Source of the DNA: an uncultured virus (IMG/VR IMGVR_UViG_3300026493_000141)
Lineage: Duplodnaviria; Heunggongvirae; Uroviricota; Caudoviricetes
IMG/VR virus record: IMGVR_UViG_3300026493_000141
Location: 1-64,000 of that record
Length of the DNA: 64,000 nucleotides
Reading direction: 5' to 3' (one strand)
The notes below the pieces were generated by a model. The model was given only the letters and a program-made list of their open reading frames with translations. It had not been told where the DNA came from and made no database searches. The translations under genes and the position numbers were made by a program. Positions 1-8,901 of this stretch are shown here, piece by piece (the stretch's first letter is position 1; each line of letters opens with the position of its first letter).

Positions 1-21
1 ACTGATTATGGGGATGCTGTT

Positions 22-378
22 ATGGTATCACATGATGCCATGGTATTTATCGATCAAGATCGTATTAATCTCAACAGAACACATATGGCTAACCAATTAA
101 TCGTTGGTAAGGTTTGGAATGATGAATGTACTGTAATGATGCTAGATAAACATATCAGACATTATCATTTAATGTATAATGGTCGCTATGCAGTAGAAGG
201 TAGATATGGTGGATTCTATGATGGTCACCTTGTACCTGATGCTGATGGAGCGCCTAGACTTGAAACTTCACACGGTAAATGTTTCATTCTTGCTAGTGAA
301 AGTATTATGGGTATTCGTCCAACAGTAACTGATGCTGCGGGAGTAGTAGACCCATCAGAAGTACCAAATAAAAAATAA
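22..378 (+). CDS. hypothetical protein (may be truncated at the window edge)
   Basis: 118-aa ORF, first of a + strand run; start uncertain at the window edge. Confidence 0.55.
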   Translation: MVSHDAMVFIDQDRINLNRTHMANQLIVGKVWNDECTVMMLDKHIRHYHLMYNGRYAVEGRYGGFYDGHLVPDADGAPRLETSHGKCFILASESIMGIRPTVTDAAGVVDPSEVPNKK

Positions 379-403
379 AACTATTCCTGAGGAGGAACTA
401 ACA

Positions 404-652
404 ATGACAGTAGTATTAAAAGATTGTGACAAATATATTATTACACCTTATAATGAGGACGATGAACCAACGGTTATGGTAAATGGGGAAGACCTTCCTT
501 ACCTAGCTCGTTATGAAATTGATATGGCTACAGCTGTAGAAATTACTGCGGAAGACTTACATGACCATGCTGTAATTACAGATGATGGTATGGTAGCTGT
601 ATTATCTGAAGAGGATTACAATCACTTCAAATCTACTTCTATGCGTGCCTAG
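404..652 (+). CDS. small acidic hypothetical protein
   Basis: 82-aa ORF with strong SD GAGGAGG upstream. Confidence 0.75.
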   Translation: MTVVLKDCDKYIITPYNEDDEPTVMVNGEDLPYLARYEIDMATAVEITAEDLHDHAVITDDGMVAVLSEEDYNHFKSTSMRA

Positions 653-916
653 GTGATAGCTATGGAAAATATCACTGAAGCTATAGCATCATTTCGTCAG
701 AGGATAGCTGGTAAACAATTACCAGCTTCTCTTCGAACTAAAGTAGAGAAAGAAATAGATGAATGTTGTAAGACTAAACTTGATTTAGAGTTGATGCTCA
801 ATAGTTCATCTATGGTAAAAGAACTTGCCCATCAATGCTCAAAGAACTTTATTGATGAAGAGTATAGAAGTGTAGCGTATAATCTTATTTGTACAGCGTT
901 AACACCCGCTACATAA
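653..916 (+). CDS. hypothetical protein (true start probably ATG 662)
   Basis: ORF abuts the previous stop; AGGTG precedes ATG at 662. Confidence 0.65.
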   Translation: MIAMENITEAIASFRQRIAGKQLPASLRTKVEKEIDECCKTKLDLELMLNSSSMVKELAHQCSKNFIDEEYRSVAYNLICTALTPAT

Positions 917-973
917 ATATTAGAAAAAGAAAATATAAACCATAAATTAAGAGAAACCGAGGAGGAAATTAAA

Positions 974-2161
974 ATGCAAAACAAACGTGAAGAAATCGAA
1001 ACAGTAGTAGGACAGGTATTAGAAGGTAAAGAAGACCAAGTACAACCTGGATTTAAAGAAGCTCTAACTAATACTATTGAAAAATTCGATGGAGCACTAC
1101 AAGGATTAGCAGAACAAGAAGCTGCTGAACTTGCTAATATCAATTCTACTGACGGTATTACTATTACTGGTTCTGATATTGTAGCTACACAAGAAGAAAA
1201 GAAATCTAACGCTGTAGTAATTGCAGGAGCAGGTAGCCATAGAATTGATCCAAAAATGTTAAGAGAATTACAAGACATGAATGTGCAGGTACTAGGAACT
1301 GATGTTTCTACACGACCTGATCAAACAAATATTACATATATCTCACCAGATGACTTAAAGAATAAATCTGCTGGTGAATTAGCAAATGCTCAGTTTAATC
1401 AATTATTTGATGGATTAACTCCTGAAAAGATTGATGAAATGACTGATGAAGAGATTTGTAAAGTCCTTCCTCCAGTCATGGTTCAGAACTCTGAGAAATT
1501 TGTAAGTGAAGTTGGAGAACATACACCTGAAGAATTCCGTCGTGACTTCTTAAAGTATATGGTTGCTCAAACTAACCTTGATAAAGTTATCGAGGAAGAG
1601 AAAAAAGTATTAGAAACAATGATGCAACAATTCCATCAGGAATTAGCTGGATTAGTTAAGAACCTTGATTCACAAGAAGAAATTCTTAAAGTGGAAAAAG
1701 AGATTGAAGAAACAACTGATCCTGAAAAGAAACGTCAATTAATTGAATTACGTAACATCCTACATGGTAGCTTATACTTAAACAATTTAACTGATCGTTT
1801 CCATAACCTAGGTGGTAAAGCTGCTGTAATGAAACGTGTGAAGAAGGACTTCAAGAAAGAAGAAAAGAACTTTAATCGTTACGTAAAGAACGATAAGAAG
1901 AATATGTTCTTAGACCCACGTTACTTACTAACAGACTTAAAGAAAATTATTCCGAACCGCTTCCATGGTCAAATCGAAGGTATCTTATACCTATTATACC
2001 GTGAAGTCACAAAGAATAAAAAGATCACTATGTCTACAGCTTCATTTGTTAACTACTTCTTAGTAAACGTTACGAAGTGTGTAGAGAACAATGAAAACGA
2101 AGACCGAAACGTTGCTGAATTTAAACAAAGCTTAATCGACTTAGCAACTTTATTGAAATAA
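974..2161 (+). CDS. hypothetical helical/coiled-coil protein
   Basis: 395-aa ORF, SD GAGGAGG, followed by a terminator. Confidence 0.8.
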   Translation: MQNKREEIETVVGQVLEGKEDQVQPGFKEALTNTIEKFDGALQGLAEQEAAELANINSTDGITITGSDIVATQEEKKSNAVVIAGAGSHRIDPKMLRELQDMNVQVLGTDVSTRPDQTNITYISPDDLKNKSAGELANAQFNQLFDGLTPEKIDEMTDEEICKVLPPVMVQNSEKFVSEVGEHTPEEFRRDFLKYMVAQTNLDKVIEEEKKVLETMMQQFHQELAGLVKNLDSQEEILKVEKEIEETTDPEKKRQLIELRNILHGSLYLNNLTDRFHNLGGKAAVMKRVKKDFKKEEKNFNRYVKNDKKNMFLDPRYLLTDLKKIIPNRFHGQIEGILYLLYREVTKNKKITMSTASFVNYFLVNVTKCVENNENEDRNVAEFKQSLIDLATLLK

Positions 2162-2168
2162 TATACTA

Positions 2169-2180
2169 AACATATTTATA
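2169..2180 (+). promoter_or_regulatory. late-type promoter AACA-N6-TA (no downstream ORF before the terminator)
   Basis: AACA TATTTA TA; same motif as before the structural genes. Confidence 0.5.
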
Positions 2181-2271
2181 AGGGAAATCTTCCCTCTGTC
2201 TAGTTTGTATTATCATGTATCCATGAGATTAAGCACGAGTAGAACCTTCGGGTTCTACTCACTTTTATTTT
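2180..2271 (+). ncRNA. candidate ~90-nt late sRNA
   Basis: Late promoter, 5' hairpin AGGGAA/TTCCCT (2181-2195), no ORF, cUUCGg terminator. Confidence 0.3.
2237..2271 (+). terminator. intrinsic terminator
   Basis: GAGTAGAACC-TTCG-GGTTCTACTC followed by a T-rich tract. Confidence 0.85.
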
Positions 2272-2274
2272 CGT

Positions 2275-2286
2275 AACATCTAATTA
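2275..2286 (+). promoter_or_regulatory. late-type promoter
   Basis: AACA TCTAAT TA just upstream of the SD of ORF 2307. Confidence 0.7.
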
Positions 2287-2306
2287 TAAAATAGAGGAGT
2301 GATATT

Positions 2307-3056
2307 ATGAAGACAAAACCATCTTACTTTGCAGAGAAAGATGAGAAGTTAATCTTCACTGGTGGCTACTTAGAAGTCTATATTCCTGATAGTTTATTCT
2401 CATCGGGTATTGCCACGGTTATAGGAGAGAAAGTGGAAACGATGGGATTATTCAACTTCTGTGTGATGAATAAGCCCACTGACAAGAGAGATTTCTCTAA
2501 ATTAAAAACGTTCAACGTTCCTTGTAAGATGATTACGAAGCCGAATATCATTGAGAAGGAAACACTTACATTAATTCCTGGTCATGAAGAAGAGAAGTAT
2601 TATGTATTAAAATACTTTAACGGTGATGTCGTTATGACTTCTACAAACGTTATCGCAACGATTGATAATGTAGAAGCATTTATTAAGATGCTGAATGATG
2701 GAAAGATTCCTAGAACGATTCCTTACGACCAGTTATTAAATATCATGATTCGTAACTTAGAATTAAACTCTGTTAACCTACAAGTTCCAGGCACACTAAT
2801 GTCTTGTATTATCTCAGAGTTATCTCGTTCGAAGAAAGATATTGCGAAACCATTCCGTTTAGAGATTGGTAAGAATCCGAATGTATCTGTATATGACTAC
2901 ATAGGTGTTAATAACCGTACGGTATGTTCAATGAACTCAACGTTCACAGCATTGACATTCGAGGACTTAGATTCTATGGTAACATCATCAATTAACCGTA
3001 CTCGACACAATCGAAGTCAGGCTTACACACCAGTAGAAGAACTTATTAAAGTATAA
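2307..3056 (+). CDS. late-expressed protein, probably virion/tail associated
   Basis: 249-aa ORF, SD GAGGAG, late promoter, directly upstream of the sheath gene; function inferred from context only. Confidence 0.55.
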   Translation: MKTKPSYFAEKDEKLIFTGGYLEVYIPDSLFSSGIATVIGEKVETMGLFNFCVMNKPTDKRDFSKLKTFNVPCKMITKPNIIEKETLTLIPGHEEEKYYVLKYFNGDVVMTSTNVIATIDNVEAFIKMLNDGKIPRTIPYDQLLNIMIRNLELNSVNLQVPGTLMSCIISELSRSKKDIAKPFRLEIGKNPNVSVYDYIGVNNRTVCSMNSTFTALTFEDLDSMVTSSINRTRHNRSQAYTPVEELIKV

Positions 3057-3062
3057 GAAAAA

Positions 3063-3098
3063 CCCATACTACATTCAGGTAGTATGGGGTCTTTTTTT
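3063..3098 (+). terminator. intrinsic terminator
   Basis: CCCATACTAC/GTAGTATGGG stem plus T7. Confidence 0.85.
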
Positions 3099-3121
3099 GC
3101 CTCCTCGCAATCTTGTAATGG

Positions 3122-3133
3122 AACATAAGATTA
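3122..3133 (+). promoter_or_regulatory. late-type promoter of sheath-tube operon
   Basis: AACA TAAGAT TA. Confidence 0.75.
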
Positions 3134-3168
3134 ATATCTTATGACTTAAAAGATTGGAGGTTTTATTT

Positions 3169-5067
3169 ATGGCTATTGCTCCAGGTTTATACAAACATCC
3201 ACACGATACACTTCGTGTTCAGGACAATACCGAAATTAAAACAGATTCCTTCGTAAACAATGGTGCAGTATTAATTGCTCCATTCATCTCTGACAAAGGT
3301 ATCGATGGTCAAATGACACTTTTACGTGACTTAGCTATCACCGAAAGAGATTACGGTAAAGGAAACTTTAAAGTACACGGTCAAGGGTACTACAACGTAC
3401 TATCTTGGTTGCGTAATGGTGGACAAGTACGAGGAATGCGTATTACAGCGAAAGATGCTACATATGCAAACGTACTTATCATGGCAAAAGTGGCAGTCTT
3501 TGACAAACAAAAGACTGACTCTAAAGGGAACCCTCTTTACATTGATGCTGTAACTGGTCAAGAGACTACTACTGCTTCAGGTAACGTTCCTATTAAAGAA
3601 AAGAAAGCTGAAGTTAAACTTTTCGCTGAAAAGTATGACAACTTACGCGACGTGAACGATGACATCGAAATTCTTATGAAAGAGAAATACGATGACTCTA
3701 ATGCTGCGGATGGGATTATTTTCCCACTTTACTTATTCGTATCAAAAGGTCGTGGAGAATTCGGTAATGCTTACCGCATCCGCTTAACTCCATCTCCATC
3801 TCGCGATAAAGAAACTGTTTATCGTAACTACAGCTTCGAGTTATTTAACAACGAGAACGGGTTACAACGTGTTGAGGTACCATTAAACATCTCTACATTC
3901 CCAGATGCTCGTAGTGTCTACAGCCGAAGCGAGTACATTGAAGATGTACTAAAACGTAACATCTTCCCAATTAACACTTTCGCTATTGAAGATTCATTCT
4001 ATCAAATGGCTGAAATGTTACGCCCTGTAGTTCAACAAGAGCATCCAGAAGCGGAGATTAAACCAGAAGAAATCGACTTCTTATTCTTCCGTAACCGTGA
4101 TACTACGAACTACAAACACATCACAACTGCTAAAGATAGCATTAACCTAAGTTTATACGAAGGTTACCCATTAGCAGCTGGTGACGATGGAGCGTTCAAA
4201 CGTTCTAACCGTGACCGTCAAATCGCTATCAACGAACGTTTAATTGATGCGTTCGACGGAAAGATTGATAAAACAATCTTAGACCGTAAACGTAACCCTG
4301 CTAACGTAGCTTTAGATGCAAACTATCCATTGGAAGTTAAGCAAGCTATGATTAACTGGCGTTACCTACGTGATGACCTACCATTGTACTTAGATGCAGG
4401 TATGTCTCACACAATTCTTGACTTAAAGACATGGAGACAAACTGAGTTAACAGTTAACTCTTACGGAGTAACTATCATGGCTCAAAACTTCATGACTTAT
4501 GATGAATACACAGGTAAGGATATTCCAGTAACAATGACTTACCTTGTAGCTAATACAATGCCAGCACATTTCGCTTCTTATGGAAATCATATTCCATTAG
4601 CAGGTGACTTCGTGAAGCTGAACCAATACATTATTCCTAATAGTGTACGTCCTGCTGTGGCTGAAGATGCAGATAAATCTGATCTTTACGAATTACGTTT
4701 GAACTACTTAGAAGAAGAGTACGGTGAAATCACATTCGGTACTCAGTTATCTTCTCAGTCTAAAGACTCTCAGTTATTAGACATGAACAACGTTCATACG
4801 TTATACGATATCAAACGCGATGTTGAAATGCTTAGCCCTAAATTCCGTTACAAACCAAATGAAACGGAAGAGGACTTAAAAGAATTCAACCGTATGTTGG
4901 ACATGCGTCTAGCTAAATATCGTGACTTCAAATGTAAGTTCATTGAAGGTGTGATTACGAAGAGTTCAAACCCTGACACTCCTCGTCGTATCCAAACGGC
5001 TATCCGTGTCGGATTTAAATCTATCACTGAAATCAATGATATTACAATCTCAATTGACCGCGTGTAA
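3169..5067 (+). CDS. contractile tail sheath protein
   Basis: ~632 aa from ATG 3169 (SD GGAGG); sheath-like size and C-terminal region (LDANYP...LYELRLNY...GTQLSSQ...NNVHTL); followed by a tube-sized gene; late promoter. Confidence 0.75.
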   Translation: MAIAPGLYKHPHDTLRVQDNTEIKTDSFVNNGAVLIAPFISDKGIDGQMTLLRDLAITERDYGKGNFKVHGQGYYNVLSWLRNGGQVRGMRITAKDATYANVLIMAKVAVFDKQKTDSKGNPLYIDAVTGQETTTASGNVPIKEKKAEVKLFAEKYDNLRDVNDDIEILMKEKYDDSNAADGIIFPLYLFVSKGRGEFGNAYRIRLTPSPSRDKETVYRNYSFELFNNENGLQRVEVPLNISTFPDARSVYSRSEYIEDVLKRNIFPINTFAIEDSFYQMAEMLRPVVQQEHPEAEIKPEEIDFLFFRNRDTTNYKHITTAKDSINLSLYEGYPLAAGDDGAFKRSNRDRQIAINERLIDAFDGKIDKTILDRKRNPANVALDANYPLEVKQAMINWRYLRDDLPLYLDAGMSHTILDLKTWRQTELTVNSYGVTIMAQNFMTYDEYTGKDIPVTMTYLVANTMPAHFASYGNHIPLAGDFVKLNQYIIPNSVRPAVAEDADKSDLYELRLNYLEEEYGEITFGTQLSSQSKDSQLLDMNNVHTLYDIKRDVEMLSPKFRYKPNETEEDLKEFNRMLDMRLAKYRDFKCKFIEGVITKSSNPDTPRRIQTAIRVGFKSITEINDITISIDRV

Positions 5068-5103
5068 TTCGCGGTCTTTTTATAAGAAAGGAGAGATCAA
5101 CCT

Positions 5104-5865
5104 ATGTCTACATTACACACATCTCAAACTGGTTTACGTCAAGTAACTCGTGCATACGATGATGTAGATTTATTTAAGGGTATACTGAAATTGGATAATG
5201 CTAACATTAACCAGTTCGACCCAATGATTACTGGTTACGCTCAATTCTACTGGGTTAAACTACCTCCGTTCATGACGCAAGGTCACCCAGAATTAACTAC
5301 GCGTTTCCGCAACTACACAGAGAAAGGTCATACTTCATTCGATGGAATTCAAGATATGGCAGTAGACTCTGAGGATATGACTGGTGGTATCGCTGGTAAC
5401 CAATTCAAAATGGTTACAAATATGAAGGATGACTTCGATACTTTCACTATGAAAGTATATGAATTACAAGGTTCTCCTGTTCGTGAAGCGATCAACTACT
5501 GGGCAACAGGTATTCGTGACCCTAAAACTGGTTACGCTACTTACCACGGATTAGCTGATACAATTGACGGTGGATACTGTGCTAAAAACCACTCTGGCGA
5601 ATTACTATACGTAGTAACTGACCCTACTGGTGGTTCTAAAGGTATTGAGTACGCTGCATTAATCGCTAATATTGTACCAACAAAGATTCCAAAATCTCAC
5701 TTGAACTTGAACCACGGTGAACACGGTCTTGTACAAATTGACCTTGAATTCACTGGTGTTAAATACGAATCCGTTTACATTAACGAATACGCTAACAAAA
5801 TCGTTCAAGCGCGACGTAAGATCGAGAGATACGATCAATTCCGTCCTGTATTACCAGAAGTGTGA
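5104..5865 (+). CDS. tail tube protein
   Basis: 253 aa immediately after the sheath; tube-like W...IRDPKTG motif and C-terminal beta strands. Confidence 0.7.
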   Translation: MSTLHTSQTGLRQVTRAYDDVDLFKGILKLDNANINQFDPMITGYAQFYWVKLPPFMTQGHPELTTRFRNYTEKGHTSFDGIQDMAVDSEDMTGGIAGNQFKMVTNMKDDFDTFTMKVYELQGSPVREAINYWATGIRDPKTGYATYHGLADTIDGGYCAKNHSGELLYVVTDPTGGSKGIEYAALIANIVPTKIPKSHLNLNHGEHGLVQIDLEFTGVKYESVYINEYANKIVQARRKIERYDQFRPVLPEV

Positions 5866-5909
5866 TAAAAATAGACTATACCGTAATGGTATAGTCTATA
5901 TCTTTTGTC
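5866..5909. terminator. bidirectional terminator between convergent genes
   Basis: ATAGACTATACC/GGTATAGTCTAT stem flanked by A- and T-tracts. Confidence 0.85.
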
Positions 5910-5912
5910 ATT

Positions 5913-8231
5913 TTAGTAACCTGATGTATCATCGCCGCCACCAGCGTTCTTCGCTTTAGCCGCTTTCTCTGCTTTTTCTTTCTCTAATTGCACACGAGCC
6001 TGTTTCTCCATTTCAGCAAATGATGCCCAAGGGACAGATGGTGCATACTGTTTCATAATAGATAAGTTTAGTATATCTAATAAACGTTGTGCATCTTCAT
6101 CTTGGTTGTTATCTCCAATCATTGCTCCTGAGATAGCATTCGCTAAATCTCTTGCATTATTAATTTCATCTAATGCATTCTGTAATACTAGATTCGTCGG
6201 TGCTTGGAATGAAGTTGTTAAGCTATTGATTTCACTTTCTCTATCATCCAACTCACTACGAAGAATTGCTTTAATGAATTCCGTATTCGGTTCATTTAAA
6301 TCCAACTGCCAACCTAATACCCGACGTAGGTACTTGGTACTTAACATAGTTAAGGTCTTAGCAAAGTCTACGTCATTAGAAGCGTTCAATAGCACGCTTG
6401 GAACTCCGGTCCCACTGACAATAATCTCTTCTAGCATCTCCATCATTTCATCTTTTACCTGCACATCTTGACCTTGAATGATGTCAAAGTCAATCGGACG
6501 TTTACCATCTTTATCTGTAGGTAAGAATAAATCTGTAAATTTAGTCGTAGTTGCAATCATACGAGGAATGTTATTTAAATGCATTAAAGAACGATTGTCC
6601 TTTTTAATCTCATTGATTGCATGGTTTACTACGCTTGATACATCTGGTGCTACACCACTATTAATGTAGTATGCACGAATATCATTAGAACGAGAAATAC
6701 GCATCATGATATTAGACATTAATAATCCTAAGTATAACTTCGCAAAGAATAATACATTGTCTAATACAGATTTCCCACCATTGATTTCAAACTTGTATAC
6801 TTCATCAGGACGTAAGTATGTTACTTTAACAGCATTACGGTTATGAAGTACTTGGTGGTATTTTAATAATCCGTAAATCTCATCTTTAATGTGAGCATTC
6901 TTCTCTAAGAACTTCTTATCTAGACGATGCAATAATAGTTTCGACAAGTTACTGTAAGCATTCTCAACAGAGTTAGATACCGTCTGCTTCGAAGCACTTT
7001 TCTTAATGTTCTGTGCCCACTGTTGTGGATTATAGCTCTTACGGAGAGCTTGTTGTGTATCATCTGATTCAATGTAGTAATACCCTAGACAGATATCGTC
7101 TACTTCTAATGGAATGACTTTACGGATATCTAACTGCTTGATAACGACCCCTTTTAAAGAAGCTGTATCAGCATCAGTTAGTTCTTTTATCTCATCGGTA
7201 GATTTAAATCCGTCATTTATAATCTTACCGTTTGCTTCTAATTCTTTCGCAAGTGTTTCCGATTTATCTTTCTTCTTCGGAGCTTTCTTCTTAATCATGT
7301 TTTGTTTCTTTGCCTCTTGTAGTAGCTCCATATCTACAAGATTTACAGCACCTTCTTGAAGAACGAATGAGTCTACCGTTTCCACGATACTACCTTTCAG
7401 GTCTTCAATAGATTTTGATTCATAACATTCTGAAAGATTCATCGTAAACGATTCAGTTAGAAGTTCTGTTACTTCCTCCGTCTTACCTTTGTAAGATTCA
7501 GATAAAGTCGTTCTACCCATCATTTGCTGTTTTGCAAGTTGCATATCTTTATCATTTAAAAGATATTGGAATGCTCGACTGTAAGGGATAGCTGCCACGT
7601 AATGCTTACCTTGGATAGCAGTTTTATTTACAATCTCTTTGATATGCTTATTGTACTTATACTCAGATAATACTTGCATTGACTCTTTTCTGAAATCGTC
7701 ATCTTCTTTTAATTCTACATCAGCTTTCATAAGAGATAACACTACTTGTTTCGTGAAATCATCTGGTGATAGAATGGAATCTGTTATCGCATTGATTGCG
7801 TCACCAAGCTGAGGGATTAAGTTAACGACAACATTTAAATCCTCGTTCTTACTAATTGTCGAGTTTAATTCAGAGTAGATTTTATAGATGTCACTAGCTC
7901 CATCAGGATTAGATAAAGCATCTTTAATACGGTTAAATGTTTCTTTATCTTTACCACCTGAGTTACCGTAGTAACTTTCCAGTCCACCTATTAAGTCTCC
8001 ATTGGCAGAACCTGTCTCCCTTTGGATTAATTCCGATACGACATCATTGACACGTGATCTTGTACGTTCTCCATCACGTTGTACATCATTGGCTGTACCA
8101 TATACCTGTGTTTCCAGGTCACGGTTAATATCAGCTTGAGCTTTTAATAAAGGCTCTACTGGTTTTATGTTAATATTGGATAGATTTTCCGTTTTTTTCA
8201 TAAAAAAATAAAGACTTATGGTTTTACCCAT
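5913..8231 (-). CDS. portal protein (jumbo-phage/T4 gp20-like), probable
   Basis: 772 aa; C-terminal RAYYIN...DLFLP...IDFDIIQGQ...TGVPSVLL segment resembles the T4-like/jumbo portal core; late promoter at 8292-8303. Confidence 0.7.
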   Translation of the reverse strand: MGKTISLYFFMKKTENLSNINIKPVEPLLKAQADINRDLETQVYGTANDVQRDGERTRSRVNDVVSELIQRETGSANGDLIGGLESYYGNSGGKDKETFNRIKDALSNPDGASDIYKIYSELNSTISKNEDLNVVVNLIPQLGDAINAITDSILSPDDFTKQVVLSLMKADVELKEDDDFRKESMQVLSEYKYNKHIKEIVNKTAIQGKHYVAAIPYSRAFQYLLNDKDMQLAKQQMMGRTTLSESYKGKTEEVTELLTESFTMNLSECYESKSIEDLKGSIVETVDSFVLQEGAVNLVDMELLQEAKKQNMIKKKAPKKKDKSETLAKELEANGKIINDGFKSTDEIKELTDADTASLKGVVIKQLDIRKVIPLEVDDICLGYYYIESDDTQQALRKSYNPQQWAQNIKKSASKQTVSNSVENAYSNLSKLLLHRLDKKFLEKNAHIKDEIYGLLKYHQVLHNRNAVKVTYLRPDEVYKFEINGGKSVLDNVLFFAKLYLGLLMSNIMMRISRSNDIRAYYINSGVAPDVSSVVNHAINEIKKDNRSLMHLNNIPRMIATTTKFTDLFLPTDKDGKRPIDFDIIQGQDVQVKDEMMEMLEEIIVSGTGVPSVLLNASNDVDFAKTLTMLSTKYLRRVLGWQLDLNEPNTEFIKAILRSELDDRESEINSLTTSFQAPTNLVLQNALDEINNARDLANAISGAMIGDNNQDEDAQRLLDILNLSIMKQYAPSVPWASFAEMEKQARVQLEKEKAEKAAKAKNAGGGDDTSGY

Positions 8232-8259
8232 AAGTCTTCTACACCTCCCCTTTGAGTTT

Positions 8260-8901
8260 TTAGAAGTTAATTATGAGATACATATTTGATATAATATAGT
8301 GTTTTTTATGTACATCTATTATTGCTTTAAATAGATGAGGTTCATCTGTCTGATGAAAAGTCACGTATACTTTATCATTTTTCTTATATCCCTTAATCAT
8401 CTTCTTACTCACTCGGACTATCATACTTCCTATCTGAACGGTATGTACTGATTTTGTTTCATTAATTTCATAAGCTACTTCTGACATATCCCCTGAGATA
8501 ACTGTACCTGAATCCGATACCGTAGGTATATTATTATATTTATTCACCTTCTGTACGATAGGTTTCAAGTCTTTCTTTCGTCTAGATAATTCAATTGATT
8601 CTTCGTCATTACCTAGTCTAATGTACTTACTGGTCACATCTAGAATCTCTGGCTGTTTCACTACTTTATACAAGCCAAAGAGTTCTTTTCCATCTACACA
8701 AATACCATCTAGTAGACTGAATAATTCTTTATATTCGGAGGAAATCGGAGTAACGACTGATACTCCGACTGTTTCATCTCCAAATACATCTATTACCGCA
8801 GACATTACTTTACCATCTTTGATAATGTATCCACTGTCTTTACGCAAGTTTTTACAATCTTGATTCATTGCGTTTAATACTTTCGGGTTAAACTCTACCA
8901 T
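8260..8901 (-). CDS. hypothetical protein coupled to DNA polymerase (possible replication accessory/clamp-like)
   Basis: 213 aa, start overlaps the polymerase stop; alternating alpha/beta pattern; function speculative. Confidence 0.55.
   Translation of the reverse strand: MVEFNPKVLNAMNQDCKNLRKDSGYIIKDGKVMSAVIDVFGDETVGVSVVTPISSEYKELFSLLDGICVDGKELFGLYKVVKQPEILDVTSKYIRLGNDEESIELSRRKKDLKPIVQKVNKYNNIPTVSDSGTVISGDMSEVAYEINETKSVHTVQIGSMIVRVSKKMIKGYKKNDKVYVTFHQTDEPHLFKAIIDVHKKHYIISNMYLIINF
8292..8303 (-). promoter_or_regulatory. late-type promoter for portal (inside the end of the upstream gene)
   Basis: AACA CTATAT TA on the - strand. Confidence 0.55.

Noticed and set aside
8895..8901. Programmed frameshift joining DNA polymerase to ORF 8260
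   Set aside because: The downstream ORF lacks PolB motifs B and C and has its own coupled ATG; this is a simple overlap.
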